Origin: Spirochaetia bacterium
GTDB lineage: Bacteria > Spirochaetota > Spirochaetia > SZUA-6 > Bin103
DNA: 64,000 bases
Reading direction: 5' to 3'
Assembly: GCA_965203905.1 (NCBI GenBank)
Contig: CBDBDQ010000005.1
Coordinates: forward strand, 3,936,001 to 4,000,000
Position 1 is the stretch's first letter, and each line of letters opens with the position of its first letter. The notes under the pieces were generated by a model, which was given only the letters and a program-made list of their open reading frames with translations, ran no database searches and was not told where the DNA came from. The position numbers and the translations under genes were made by a program. Below are positions 1 through 9,041 of this stretch, piece after piece.

Positions 1-521
1 CGGGCAACGTGGCGCTGATCCACGTGGTGGGGGTCACCCCGGAGGCGGCCACCCGCGAGCAGGCGCTCGGGGGCCGGCAGCCGGTGCGGGTTGTCGAGCT
101 CGGCGCACGCGACCTGGAGCAGGCGCACGCCACGCTGTCCACGTCCAGCGGCGGCGCGGTCGACCTGGTGAACATCGGCTGTCCGCACGCCTCCGTCACC
201 GAGGTGGAGCGGATCGTCGACCTGCTCGCCGGGCGGCCGGTGGCGCCGTCGGTGCAGTTCTGGCTCAAGACCAACCGCGCGGTCTACCAGCGCCTGGAAC
301 GGACGCCGCTGCTGGCGGCACTGCAGGCAGCCGGGGTCACCCTGCTGACCGACGCCTGCATCATGGCCGGGCATTACTACCGCTACTGGCCGCTGCGCCG
401 GGTGGTGACCAACTCGGCCAAGTACGCCCACTACGCTCCCACGGGCATGCGCGTGGAGACCCTGTTCCGCTCCACCGCCGAGTGCGTGGAGGCCGCGGTG
501 TCGGGCTCCGTCGATGGCTGA
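1..521 (+). CDS. Aconitase X catalytic (large) subunit, DUF521, C-terminal part (runs off the 5' edge)
   Basis: Motifs HVVGVTPEA, DLVNIGCPHAS, TDAC and TNSAKYAHY are typical of AcnX/DUF521; directly followed by the DUF126 swivel subunit. Confidence 0.85.
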   Translation, partial: GNVALIHVVGVTPEAATREQALGGRQPVRVVELGARDLEQAHATLSTSSGGAVDLVNIGCPHASVTEVERIVDLLAGRPVAPSVQFWLKTNRAVYQRLERTPLLAALQAAGVTLLTDACIMAGHYYRYWPLRRVVTNSAKYAHYAPTGMRVETLFRSTAECVEAAVSGSVDG

Positions 522-951
522 GCTGGTGCCGGGCACCGACCTGCCGTTCAGGACCTTCGCCGAGGGCGCGGCATGCGGCGAGGCGGTGGTCTCGGCCGAG
601 CCGATCAGCTTCGCCGGCGAGTTCGACGCCGCCACGGGGGTGGTGACAGGCCGCCGCAGCGCGCTGCGCGGCGCGTGCCTCACCGGCAGGATCCTGGTCT
701 ACCCTCACGGGCGCGGCTCCAGCTCCACCTCCTCGATCCTGGCCGAGGCGCTGCGCCGCGGCACCGCGCCGGCGGCCATCGTCAACGTGTCGGTCGAGCA
801 CATCATCGTGGTCGGTGCGCTGGTGGCGCAGAAGCTGTTCGGCACCTCGCTGCCGATCATCGCGGTGGCGCCCGAGCTGCTCGATCGCGTGCGCTCCGGC
901 GACCGGCTGGAGATCGACACCGCGCGCGGCATCTTCCGGTACCACGCATGA
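514..951 (+). CDS. Aconitase X swivel (small) subunit, DUF126
   Basis: ISFAGEFDAATG..GRILVYPHGRGSSS signature; 8-nt overlap with the upstream DUF521 gene. Confidence 0.85.
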   Translation: MAELVPGTDLPFRTFAEGAACGEAVVSAEPISFAGEFDAATGVVTGRRSALRGACLTGRILVYPHGRGSSSTSSILAEALRRGTAPAAIVNVSVEHIIVVGALVAQKLFGTSLPIIAVAPELLDRVRSGDRLEIDTARGIFRYHA

Positions 952-2597
952 GCGCGCGCGAGGCGCCTGCGCGCCCCAACATCCTGCTCATCCTGGCCGA
1001 CGACATGGGGTACTGCGACATCGGCTGCTACGGGTCGGAGATCCGCACTCCGAATCTCGACGCCCTGGCCAGCGGCGGGCTGCGCTTCTCGCAGATGTAC
1101 AACTGCGCCCGCTGCTGCCCGTCGCGCGCCGCCCTGCTGACCGGCCTCTATCCGCAACAGACCGGCGTAGGGCACATGATCCGCGACCTCGGGCTGCCGC
1201 AGTACCAGGGCTTTCTCAATGACCGCTGCGTGACGGTGGCCGAGGTGCTCCGTGAGCACGGCTACAGCACGCTGATGGCCGGCAAGTGGCACGTCGGCGG
1301 CCACTAAGACCTGCTCCATCCGGAGCGCTGGCGTCCGGGCGACGCGCGTCACCCGCTGCCCACCCAGCGCGGCTTCGACCACTTCTACGGGCTCGTGGCC
1401 GGGGCCGGCAACTACTTCGACCCCAAGCCGATGCTGGAGGACGAGCGGGTCATCCCGGTCGCCGGCGAGCCCGGCTACTACCTGACCGACGCGATCAGCG
1501 AGCGGGCAGCCGGCATGTTCGACCGCTACGTTGGCGCTTCTCCGGAGCGGCCGTTCTTTCTGCACCTCAGCTACACGGCTCCGCACTGGCCGCTGCACGC
1601 CAGGGAGGAGGACGTTGCGCGCTACGCCGACCGCTACCGCGGTGGCTGGGATGCGCTGCGCGCCGCCCGCCACGAGGAACTGACCGCCATGGGCATGGTC
1701 AGCGAGCGCTGGCCGTTGTCGCCGCGAGACGAGGGCGTGCCGCCGTGGGAGGATTCGCACCACCGCGACTGGAACGCGCTGCGCATGGCCGTGTACGCGG
1801 CGCAGATCGACAGCATGGACCGCGGCATCGGACGCATCATGGCCAAGCTGCGGGAGCTGGGGCAGGAGCGCAATACTCTCGTGATCTTCGTGTCCGACAA
1901 CGGCGGCTGCGCGGAGTTCCTGGCCGAGGACGGCGACCAGCCCGAGCCGAGCCAGTTCCGGGCCACGCTGGCGGACGGGCGCGGGGTGACGATCGGCAAC
2001 CTGCCCGACCTGGCGCCCGGCGGAGCGGATACCTTCATGAGCTACGACATTCCGTGGGCCAACGCCAGCAACGTGCCGTTCCGGCTGTACAAGACCTTCC
2101 TCCACGAGGGCGGCATCGCCACCCCGTGCATCGTGTCGTGGCCCGGGACGATCACCGAGGCGCGCATCGTGCATCAGCCGGCGCACTTCATCGACATCGC
2201 CGCCACCTGCATCGCCGCCGCCGGCGCCCGCTACCCGAACGCGTGGGACGGGCGGGCGATCCAGCCGCTGGAAGGGGAGAGCCTGCTGCCGCTGATCGCC
2301 GGCCGCCCGTGGCGGCGTGAGGCGCCGATGGTGTGGGAACACGAGGGCAACCGGGCGCTGCGGGCGGGACAGTGGAAACTGGTGAGCGAATACGGGCAGC
2401 CGTGGGAGCTGTACGACATGCAGACCGACCGCACGGAGTTGCGCGACCTCGCCGGAAGCGCCGCCGGCCGCACCAAGGCCGCCGAGCTGGCGCGCGCGTG
2501 GGACGAGTGGGCACAGCGCTGCGGCGTGTCGCCGTGGCCGCTGCCCGACCAGACCTGGCAGCGACGCATGCACACCAGCCACAGCCTCGTGGTGTAG
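948..2597 (+). pseudogene. Arylsulfatase (S1, AtsA-like) interrupted by an in-frame TAA at 1305-1307
   Basis: ATG at 948 (ATGA overlap); PNILLILADD, CCPSRAALLTG, GKWHVG, then TAA; the same frame continues with RGFDHFYG..YTAPHWPLH..SDNGG..LYD to TAG at 2597. Confidence 0.85.
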
Positions 2598-2615
2598 CAG
2601 CCGGGAGGGAGCACG

Positions 2616-3302
2616 GTGACGCTGGATTTGAACTTGGCGTGCATGGGCCGCAGCCCCGAGGTGCGGGCGCTGGAGGTGCGGCACCTGGTAATCGCCGGCT
2701 GGACGGGCCGCGACGCCGCGGCCACCGAGGCCCACATCAGGGAACTGGAAGCGATCGGCGTCCCGCGTCCGGCGGCCGTGCCGACATTCTATCGCACCGC
2801 GGCGGCGCTGCTGACCACCCCCGCCACGATCCAGGTGGTGGGGAGAGATTCCAGCGGCGAGGTCGAGCCGGTGCTTCTCGCCCACGACGGCGAGCTGTGG
2901 ATCGGCGTGGGGTCCGACCACACCGACCGCGCCGCCGAGCGCTCCGGGGTGAGCCGGGCCAAGCAGCTCTGCGCCAAGCCGGTCGGCCGCGACTTCTGGC
3001 TGTTCGCCGAGGTGGCGGACCACTGGGACCGGGTGATGCTGCGCTCCTGGGCGGTGGCCGGCGGCCGGCGGCGGCTCTACCAGGAAGGCCCCGCCGCCGC
3101 CCTGCTGCGCCCCGAGGAGCTGCTGCAGCGCTACCGGGCGCAGGCCTCCCTGCAGCCCGAGGCCGTGATGTTCTGCGGCACGCTGCCGGTGATCGGAGCA
3201 CTCGGCCACGCCGACCGCTTCGAGATGCAGCTCGACGACCCCGTGCTCGGACGCACCATCGGCGCCGGCTATGCCATCGAGGTGCTCCCGGTCATCGGGT
3301 AA
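2616..3302 (+). CDS. DUF2848 family protein (FAH-like fold)
   Basis: IAGWTGRD, HIRELEAIGV, SSGEVE, GSDHTDR, KQLCAKP motifs; GGAGG/GGAG SD upstream. Confidence 0.85.
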   Translation: MTLDLNLACMGRSPEVRALEVRHLVIAGWTGRDAAATEAHIRELEAIGVPRPAAVPTFYRTAAALLTTPATIQVVGRDSSGEVEPVLLAHDGELWIGVGSDHTDRAAERSGVSRAKQLCAKPVGRDFWLFAEVADHWDRVMLRSWAVAGGRRRLYQEGPAAALLRPEELLQRYRAQASLQPEAVMFCGTLPVIGALGHADRFEMQLDDPVLGRTIGAGYAIEVLPVIG

Positions 3303-3450
3303 CGTCCTTCCCCCATGAGTTCTCCATCGCCGCTACGGCGGACTACTAGGCGGCGGGTACGCGGTGCGCTCCCAGCGCTCGGCATCAAGATCAAGTAGCC
3401 ACGCCCTTCCTAAGGACACGGTGGCCCGGTCGCGCTGCGCGCCGCGGCCA

Positions 3451-3915
3451 TCACACGCGCAGCACCACCATCCTGCGCTCCACGTCGACGCGGTAGGTCT
3501 CGACCCGCCCATCGGCGTCATCATCGTGGGAGCAGGCTGCGGCCTCCACCGCGACCGGGTACTTGCGTACACGGACCGCGTGCGGATTGAAGACGCTGCG
3601 CCCGTTGGTGACGTCGAACTCCCAGCCATGCCAGGGACAGCGCAGGATCTCGCCCTCCCGCGCGTAGCGGTAGCTGCCCGGCGGGCCGGGCAGTGTAGTC
3701 CCGGTAAGCGGCCCCCGGCACAGCGGCGCCCCCTGGTGGGGACAGACGTTGCGCAGCGCGTAGTAGCGGCCGCCGACGTTGAACACGCCGATGGAACGCG
3801 CTCCGACCGTCACGATGCGCCGCGTCCCGGGCGGCAACTCGTCCGCCGCGCACACCACGACCCGTTCAGCCCCCGCGCCAACCGCTTTCAAAAGAACCCC
3901 CGTCGCGCGCATCAC
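3451..3915 (-). CDS. Rieske [2Fe-2S] ferredoxin (start codon uncertain)
   Basis: CPHQGAPL and RCPWHGWEFD Rieske ligand motifs. Confidence 0.85.
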   Translation of the reverse strand: MMRATGVLLKAVGAGAERVVVCAADELPPGTRRIVTVGARSIGVFNVGGRYYALRNVCPHQGAPLCRGPLTGTTLPGPPGSYRYAREGEILRCPWHGWEFDVTNGRSVFNPHAVRVRKYPVAVEAAACSHDDDADGRVETYRVDVERRMVVLRV

Positions 3916-4049
3916 GCGCCGTGCTCTTGCACACCGCGGCGCCCCTGCGTGCCAGCTTCCCCATCACTTCGGGGTGGCGGCGCAGGTATGGTACGCCGCG
4001 AGCGGCGCTGGGGTCACCAAGTCCAACAGAGGCCAAACCCGGCCACGCC

Positions 4050-4660
4050 GCTGACCTGTTGCCAGATGGCGTTCGCGGCGTTACCAGAGACGGTGACCAC
4101 GCGCTACTTTCGTGGCGACAGCGCCTGTTATGAAAACAATCACCTGGACTGGCTCAGCTCCCCCGAACGCGCGCAGGAGCCGGGCGGGCGCATCGGTTTC
4201 GCCATCAGTGCGGTGATGAGTCCGCAGTTGGCCCAGACCATCGCCGCGCTCCCGGAGGCCGAGTGGACCACCTTCGATACCGAACCCGACGGCACCTTGC
4301 GGCAGTGGGCGGAAGTGGTCTACGTCCCACCAAGAAAGCGGAGCACAAGCACTCACAGCCGTTGCGCTATGTCGAGCTGCGGCTGCTGAAGGCGCAAGGC
4401 GTGTTTGCCGACGGCTCTGATCGCCACCATCACGCGGTGGTCAGCAACCTCGATTGGGACGCGGTGCGACTGTTGCAGTGGCACCGGGAGAAGGCCGGCA
4501 CCGTCGAACACGCCCATGACGAATTCAAGAATGGCCTCGCGGCCGGGCACATGCCCAGCCAATGGTTCGCGATCAACGCGACCTGGCTGAAGCTGGCGAT
4601 CCTGAGCTACAACATCGCCAGCGCGATCAAGGGTTTGTGCTTCAGCCCCGAGGAGCGTAC
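4050..4660 (+). mobile_element. IS1380-family transposase remnant, frameshifted and truncated
   Basis: YFRGDSACY..WAEVVYVP in one frame; frameshift near 4330; then HREKAGTVEHAHDEFKNGLAAGHMPS..NATWLKLAILSYN (DDE_Tnp_1_4-like); N-terminus missing. Confidence 0.8.
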
Positions 4661-5043
4661 TGCGCGGGCGCCGTTCTCTTCAGCCATTCAACCCCGTTCC
4701 CAGCACCACCGTAGGCACCACCACGCGCCGAGAACCGGCCTGCGGGCGGCCATCGCTGCCTGTGAACGGCCTGCTGCGCGCTTCTGGGCGTCGTGTTCGC
4801 CAGCCCTCCAGCGCAATCTGACTCGGCACCGCCTCGCACCTCTCCGGCGCCATCCGCCGGCCTGCTTCATGGCCCGCGGGAGCTGGTGGCGACCTCCGGC
4901 AGCGTTAGGCGAGGACTTGGGACGATTCCATGAGCTTGACAACCGCCGGCCACCCGCCCGGCCCGGTGGCAAGCTGGTGTACCTCCCGGAGTACGCCGGA
5001 TAGAGTACGGGCTCACGCAGTCTGGAGCACCACGGAGGCTTGC

Positions 5044-6849
5044 ATGTCCCGGCCCAACGTCATCTCCATCCTCACCGACGACCAGGGGTACGGCGATCTG
5101 TCCTACACCGGCAACCCGGTGCTGCGGACACCGGCGCTGGACCGACTGCAGGCCGAGAGCGTGCGCTTTACCGACTTCCACGTCTGCCCGGTGTGTACTC
5201 CCACCCGCGGCGAGTTGATGACCGGCCGCGACGCGCTGCACAACGGCGCCACCTTCGTCTGCATGGGGCGCTCCCTGTTGCGTGCCGACCTGCCCACCGC
5301 GGCCGACATCTTCGCCGCCAACGGCTACCGCACGGGACACTTCGGCAAGTGGCACCTGGGCGACAATTACCCCTACCGGCCGCAGGACCGCGGCTTCCAG
5401 GAGACCATCTGGCACCCGAGCTGGGGCATCACCTCCGCCGCCGACTTCTTCGGCAACGACTACTTCGACGACGTCTACCGCCATCGCGACACGCTGGAGG
5501 AGTTCCGCGGCTACTGCACCGACGTGTGGTTTGAGCAGGCGACCGCCTGGATCCGGCGCTGCCGGCGCGCCGGCGACCCGTTCTTCGCCTACATCGCCAC
5601 CAACGCGCCGCACGGGCCGCTGTGGGTTCCCGACCACTACCGCGATCCCTACCGGGATGCCGTCGCCCGCGGTGACGTGACCGCCGATCACGCCAGTTTC
5701 TTCGCCATGATCGGCTGCATCGACGAGAACCTCGCACGGCTGGACTGGTTCCTGCAGCAGAACGACCTGTACGACGACACCATCCTGGTCTTCATGACCG
5801 ACAACGGCACGGCCCACGGCGAGGCGGTGTTCAACGCCGGCATGCGCGGCAGGAAGGCCTCGCTGTACGACGGCGGCCACCGGGTGCCATGTCTGTTGCG
5901 CTGGCCGGCCGGTGGCATAGGAGGCCAGCGCGAGAGCGGCGCGCTGCCGGACGCGGTGGCGACCGCCGGCGGAGTCGGTGCGGGGTCGCTCACCGGTGGC
6001 CCCTCGGCATCCGGCCGCGACGTGGCGGACCTCACCCGCGCCACCGACCTGCTGCCGACGCTGGTCGACCTGTGCGGGCTGCGGGTCGAGCCCGGGGTGG
6101 AGTTCGACGGGGTGTCGCTGGCCGGTATCGCGCGCGGAACCGAGAGCGCGCTGCCGGAACGCATGAGCGTGGTGCAGTACGGGCATCCCAACGAGCAGCC
6201 CGCATTCAGCAAGACCGGCAAGTACGTAGCCACCGTGCTGTGGGGCCGCTGGCGCCTGGTGCGCGGCAGCGAGCTGTACGACATCGCCGCCGATCCCGGC
6301 CAGGCCTGCGACGTGGCCGTGCGACATCCCGAGGTGGTGGCGCGCATGCGCGACCACTACGAGATGTGGTGGGCCGGCGTGGACGGCACCCTGGAGACTT
6401 ACCAGCGGCTTACCATCGGCGCCGCCGAGGAGAACCCGATGCGACTGAGCAGCACCGACTGGGCGTGGGCTTACTCCAACATTCAGTCCGACATCCGCTC
6501 TCCCGCGGCCTGCAGCGGCACCTGGCACGTGCACGCCGCGCACGCCGGCAACTACCGCTTCACCCTGCGCCGCTGGCCACAGGAGTCGGGCCTCGGGATC
6601 GCCGCGCCGGCACCGCCGCTTGAGGGCGTGGACGGCGGCTGGCCGGGCGGCAACGCTCTCCCGGTGGCCTCTGCCTGGCTGCGCGCCAGCGGGGCCGAGG
6701 AGACCAAGCCGGTGCCGGACGCAGCGACCGAAGTGAGCTTCTGCCTCCCCCTGCAACGCGGCCCGGCACAGATCCGGAGCTGGTGGATCGACGCCGCCGG
6801 CAACAACCTGGCCGGCGCCTTCTACCTCACCGCGGAGCGGCTCACCTGA
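5044..6849 (+). CDS. Arylsulfatase (Cys-type S1 sulfatase)
   Basis: PNVISILTDDQGYGD, CTPTRGELMTGR, GKWHLG, TDNG; GGAGG SD upstream. Confidence 0.9.
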   Translation: MSRPNVISILTDDQGYGDLSYTGNPVLRTPALDRLQAESVRFTDFHVCPVCTPTRGELMTGRDALHNGATFVCMGRSLLRADLPTAADIFAANGYRTGHFGKWHLGDNYPYRPQDRGFQETIWHPSWGITSAADFFGNDYFDDVYRHRDTLEEFRGYCTDVWFEQATAWIRRCRRAGDPFFAYIATNAPHGPLWVPDHYRDPYRDAVARGDVTADHASFFAMIGCIDENLARLDWFLQQNDLYDDTILVFMTDNGTAHGEAVFNAGMRGRKASLYDGGHRVPCLLRWPAGGIGGQRESGALPDAVATAGGVGAGSLTGGPSASGRDVADLTRATDLLPTLVDLCGLRVEPGVEFDGVSLAGIARGTESALPERMSVVQYGHPNEQPAFSKTGKYVATVLWGRWRLVRGSELYDIAADPGQACDVAVRHPEVVARMRDHYEMWWAGVDGTLETYQRLTIGAAEENPMRLSSTDWAWAYSNIQSDIRSPAACSGTWHVHAAHAGNYRFTLRRWPQESGLGIAAPAPPLEGVDGGWPGGNALPVASAWLRASGAEETKPVPDAATEVSFCLPLQRGPAQIRSWWIDAAGNNLAGAFYLTAERLT

Positions 6850-6935
6850 CCAGTCGGGTCGGCTGGAAGCCTCCCACGGTTGTCACGTTACCCGATGAAC
6901 GATCCACTGAGGAGTGCTCCTTAGAAACCAAGCAT

Positions 6936-7445
6936 TCAGGCAGCCTCCGGAACGAGTTTGAAGCCGAGAGCGCGGGCCTGATTTCGAAGTCGCCGTTCAT
7001 GGCGTTTACGGTCCTGGCGCTGTTGCTGGAGCAGAACGTTGTCATCGTAGAGGACGTGGCGGGTCACCAGGTGGTAGATGATGCGCGCCAGCTTGTGGGC
7101 GGTGTCGGTAATCGCCTGCGGGGAGCCGACGCGGGCCCGCTTGCGGCGGAAGAAGTCACCGAGCGCGGAGTGGCTGCGGTACAGGGTCTGGGTTGCCATG
7201 CGCAGCGCCTGTGCCGCACGGTTGGCGCCGGGCCCCGTCTGAGAGCTGATCACCTTGCCGCCGGTGATCTTGTTCTGCGGACAGAGGTTCAACCAGGATG
7301 CGAACTGCGCGGCGCTCGGAAAGCGTGACAGATCGGGGCCGAGTTCGCTGAACAGCACCAGCGCGGTAGTGTCGCCGATACCGGGAATGAGGGTCAGGTC
7401 GGTGCCGAACAACCGCGTCAGGTGGGCTTTCATGTTGCACGACAC
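6936..7445 (-). mobile_element. IS110-family transposase, C-terminal fragment
   Basis: DLTLIPGIG..SELGPDLSRFPSAAQFASWLNLCP..AHKLARIIY (Transposase_20); N-terminal DEDD domain absent. Confidence 0.85.
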
Positions 7446-7527
7446 GGTACACGGCGTACACGGACACGGCTCAGCCGCTGGACAATCGAGGCGTTATGGG
7501 CTATCGAAACTGGACGGAGGATGACGG

Positions 7528-7971
7528 ATGGAAAACGAAAAAAGGTCCACCGAGGCAGATGTAGCTCAGTTCAGCGCACCGAAGACGCTGACCGAGGCTA
7601 CCACGGTAAATCCCGATGACGTCGACTGGCTGTTCCTGAAGAAGCCGGGTGGCGTCGTCGACGTGGTGGAGTCAGGGGATAGCTGCTTCAAGATCGTGAT
7701 TCCGGGAGAAAAGGTGCAGGCCGGTATCTGGCAGGCGTTGCCCGGTGAGGTCTTCTGGATGGACCTGCACCCCGAGAGCGACGAGTTCTGGTACATCATC
7801 AAGGGTGAGTGCACCTTCTGGCTTCCCGACACCAAAGAGATGAAGACGGCCAGGCAGGGCGAGTTCTTCTACGTTCCCGCCGGTGTGCGGCACCAGTCGA
7901 TCAACCGCTCGACTGAAGAGCTGGTGCTGATTTACGCGTCCGCACCCGTGGTATCTGCCACTCATCACTAG
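7528..7971 (+). CDS. Cupin domain protein
   Basis: LHPESDEFWYIIKGE and GEFFYVPAGVRH cupin motifs; GGAGG SD. Confidence 0.8.
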   Translation: MENEKRSTEADVAQFSAPKTLTEATTVNPDDVDWLFLKKPGGVVDVVESGDSCFKIVIPGEKVQAGIWQALPGEVFWMDLHPESDEFWYIIKGECTFWLPDTKEMKTARQGEFFYVPAGVRHQSINRSTEELVLIYASAPVVSATHH

Positions 7972-7993
7972 GCGCGCGCCGCCGGAGGTAATC

Positions 7994-9034
7994 ATGGAAA
8001 CTCGCGGTATCTATCTGCCGGGCAACAAGGAAGCCCACGTCAAGGAGTGGACCGTTTCCGAACCGCGCGGCGACGAGGTGCTGATTCAGGTGAAGGCGGC
8101 CGCACTGTGCGCCAGCGACATGAGCATCTACAAGGGGAGTCCCCTGATACCGGGTTACCCTTCGGGAACGTTCATCGTCGGGCATGAGCCGTGTGGCGTC
8201 GTGGCCAAGACCGGCCCCGAAGTGCGGCGTGTGCACGAAGGCGACCGCGTGGCGATCATCGCGTTTACGAGCTGCGGCCATTGCGATTATTGCCAGACCG
8301 GGGAGCCGATGCTGTGTGCCGAAATGGGGGTGATCGGGTTCACCGCGCACGGCGGCGATGCCGATTACCTGGTCGTGCCCGAGCGCATGTGTCTGCCGCT
8401 GCCGGATGCCGTCAGCGACGTGGTCGGCGCCATTTCAACCGATGTCCTGGGCAACCTGTACTCCACCATGAACGAGCTTGAGTTGAGTGGTGACGATCTC
8501 GTGGCAATCGCCGGTTGCGGCCCGATGGGCCTGGCGGGCGTACTGGCCGCTGCCGCGCGCGGTGCAACGGTGGTGGCAATCGATCCCATCGACAGCAGAC
8601 TGCAGATCGCTCGCGAACTCGGTGCGGAGTATACGATCAACCCGGATAGCACCGATCCGCTGGCGGCGGTACAGGAGATCTCTTCCGGCGGGGTCGACAA
8701 GGCGGTGGACTGCTCGGCCACCAACGGGGGCATCAACACCGTCCTCGACATCACCGGGAACCATGGGGTGGTCGCCCAGATCGGCGAGCCGGGCGACAAG
8801 CCGATTTCCATCAACCCCAGCGAGCAGTTGATCAGAAAGAAGCTGACGTACCTCGGGTCGTGGTACTTCAAGCTGACCGAGTGGGACGAGATAGTCGACT
8901 TCATCCTGAAGGTCGGCAACGACAAGGCCGAACGGATCGTCTCGCACCGCTACCGGCTGGAGGAAGAGGCCGCAAGCGAGGGCTTCCGTCTGTTCAGCGA
9001 GCACAAGACCCTCAAGGTAGTCTTCACCCCCTGA
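7994..9034 (+). CDS. Zn-dependent (MDR) alcohol/polyol dehydrogenase
   Basis: CASD, GHEPCG, structural CxxCxxC..C and GCGPMG motifs; GGAGG SD. Confidence 0.9.
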   Translation: METRGIYLPGNKEAHVKEWTVSEPRGDEVLIQVKAAALCASDMSIYKGSPLIPGYPSGTFIVGHEPCGVVAKTGPEVRRVHEGDRVAIIAFTSCGHCDYCQTGEPMLCAEMGVIGFTAHGGDADYLVVPERMCLPLPDAVSDVVGAISTDVLGNLYSTMNELELSGDDLVAIAGCGPMGLAGVLAAAARGATVVAIDPIDSRLQIARELGAEYTINPDSTDPLAAVQEISSGGVDKAVDCSATNGGINTVLDITGNHGVVAQIGEPGDKPISINPSEQLIRKKLTYLGSWYFKLTEWDEIVDFILKVGNDKAERIVSHRYRLEEEAASEGFRLFSEHKTLKVVFTP

Positions 9035-9041
9035 GCGCGCA

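Noticed and set aside
1305-1307. Stop-codon reassignment or selenocysteine/pyrrolysine
   Set aside because: The codon is TAA, not TGA/TAG, and TAA, TAG and TGA all end genes normally in this window
705-3209. 834-aa antisense ORF and many similar long shadow ORFs (e.g. 4867-6756, 21599-23731, 50102-52330, 52383-54467, 56843-58876)
   Set aside because: They lie opposite or out of frame to clear genes, are Arg/Ala/Pro-rich with no motifs, and are expected in high-GC DNA
6850-7445. Active IS110 bridge-RNA recombinase system
   Set aside because: Only the C-terminal part of the transposase remains and no intact non-coding end can be delimited
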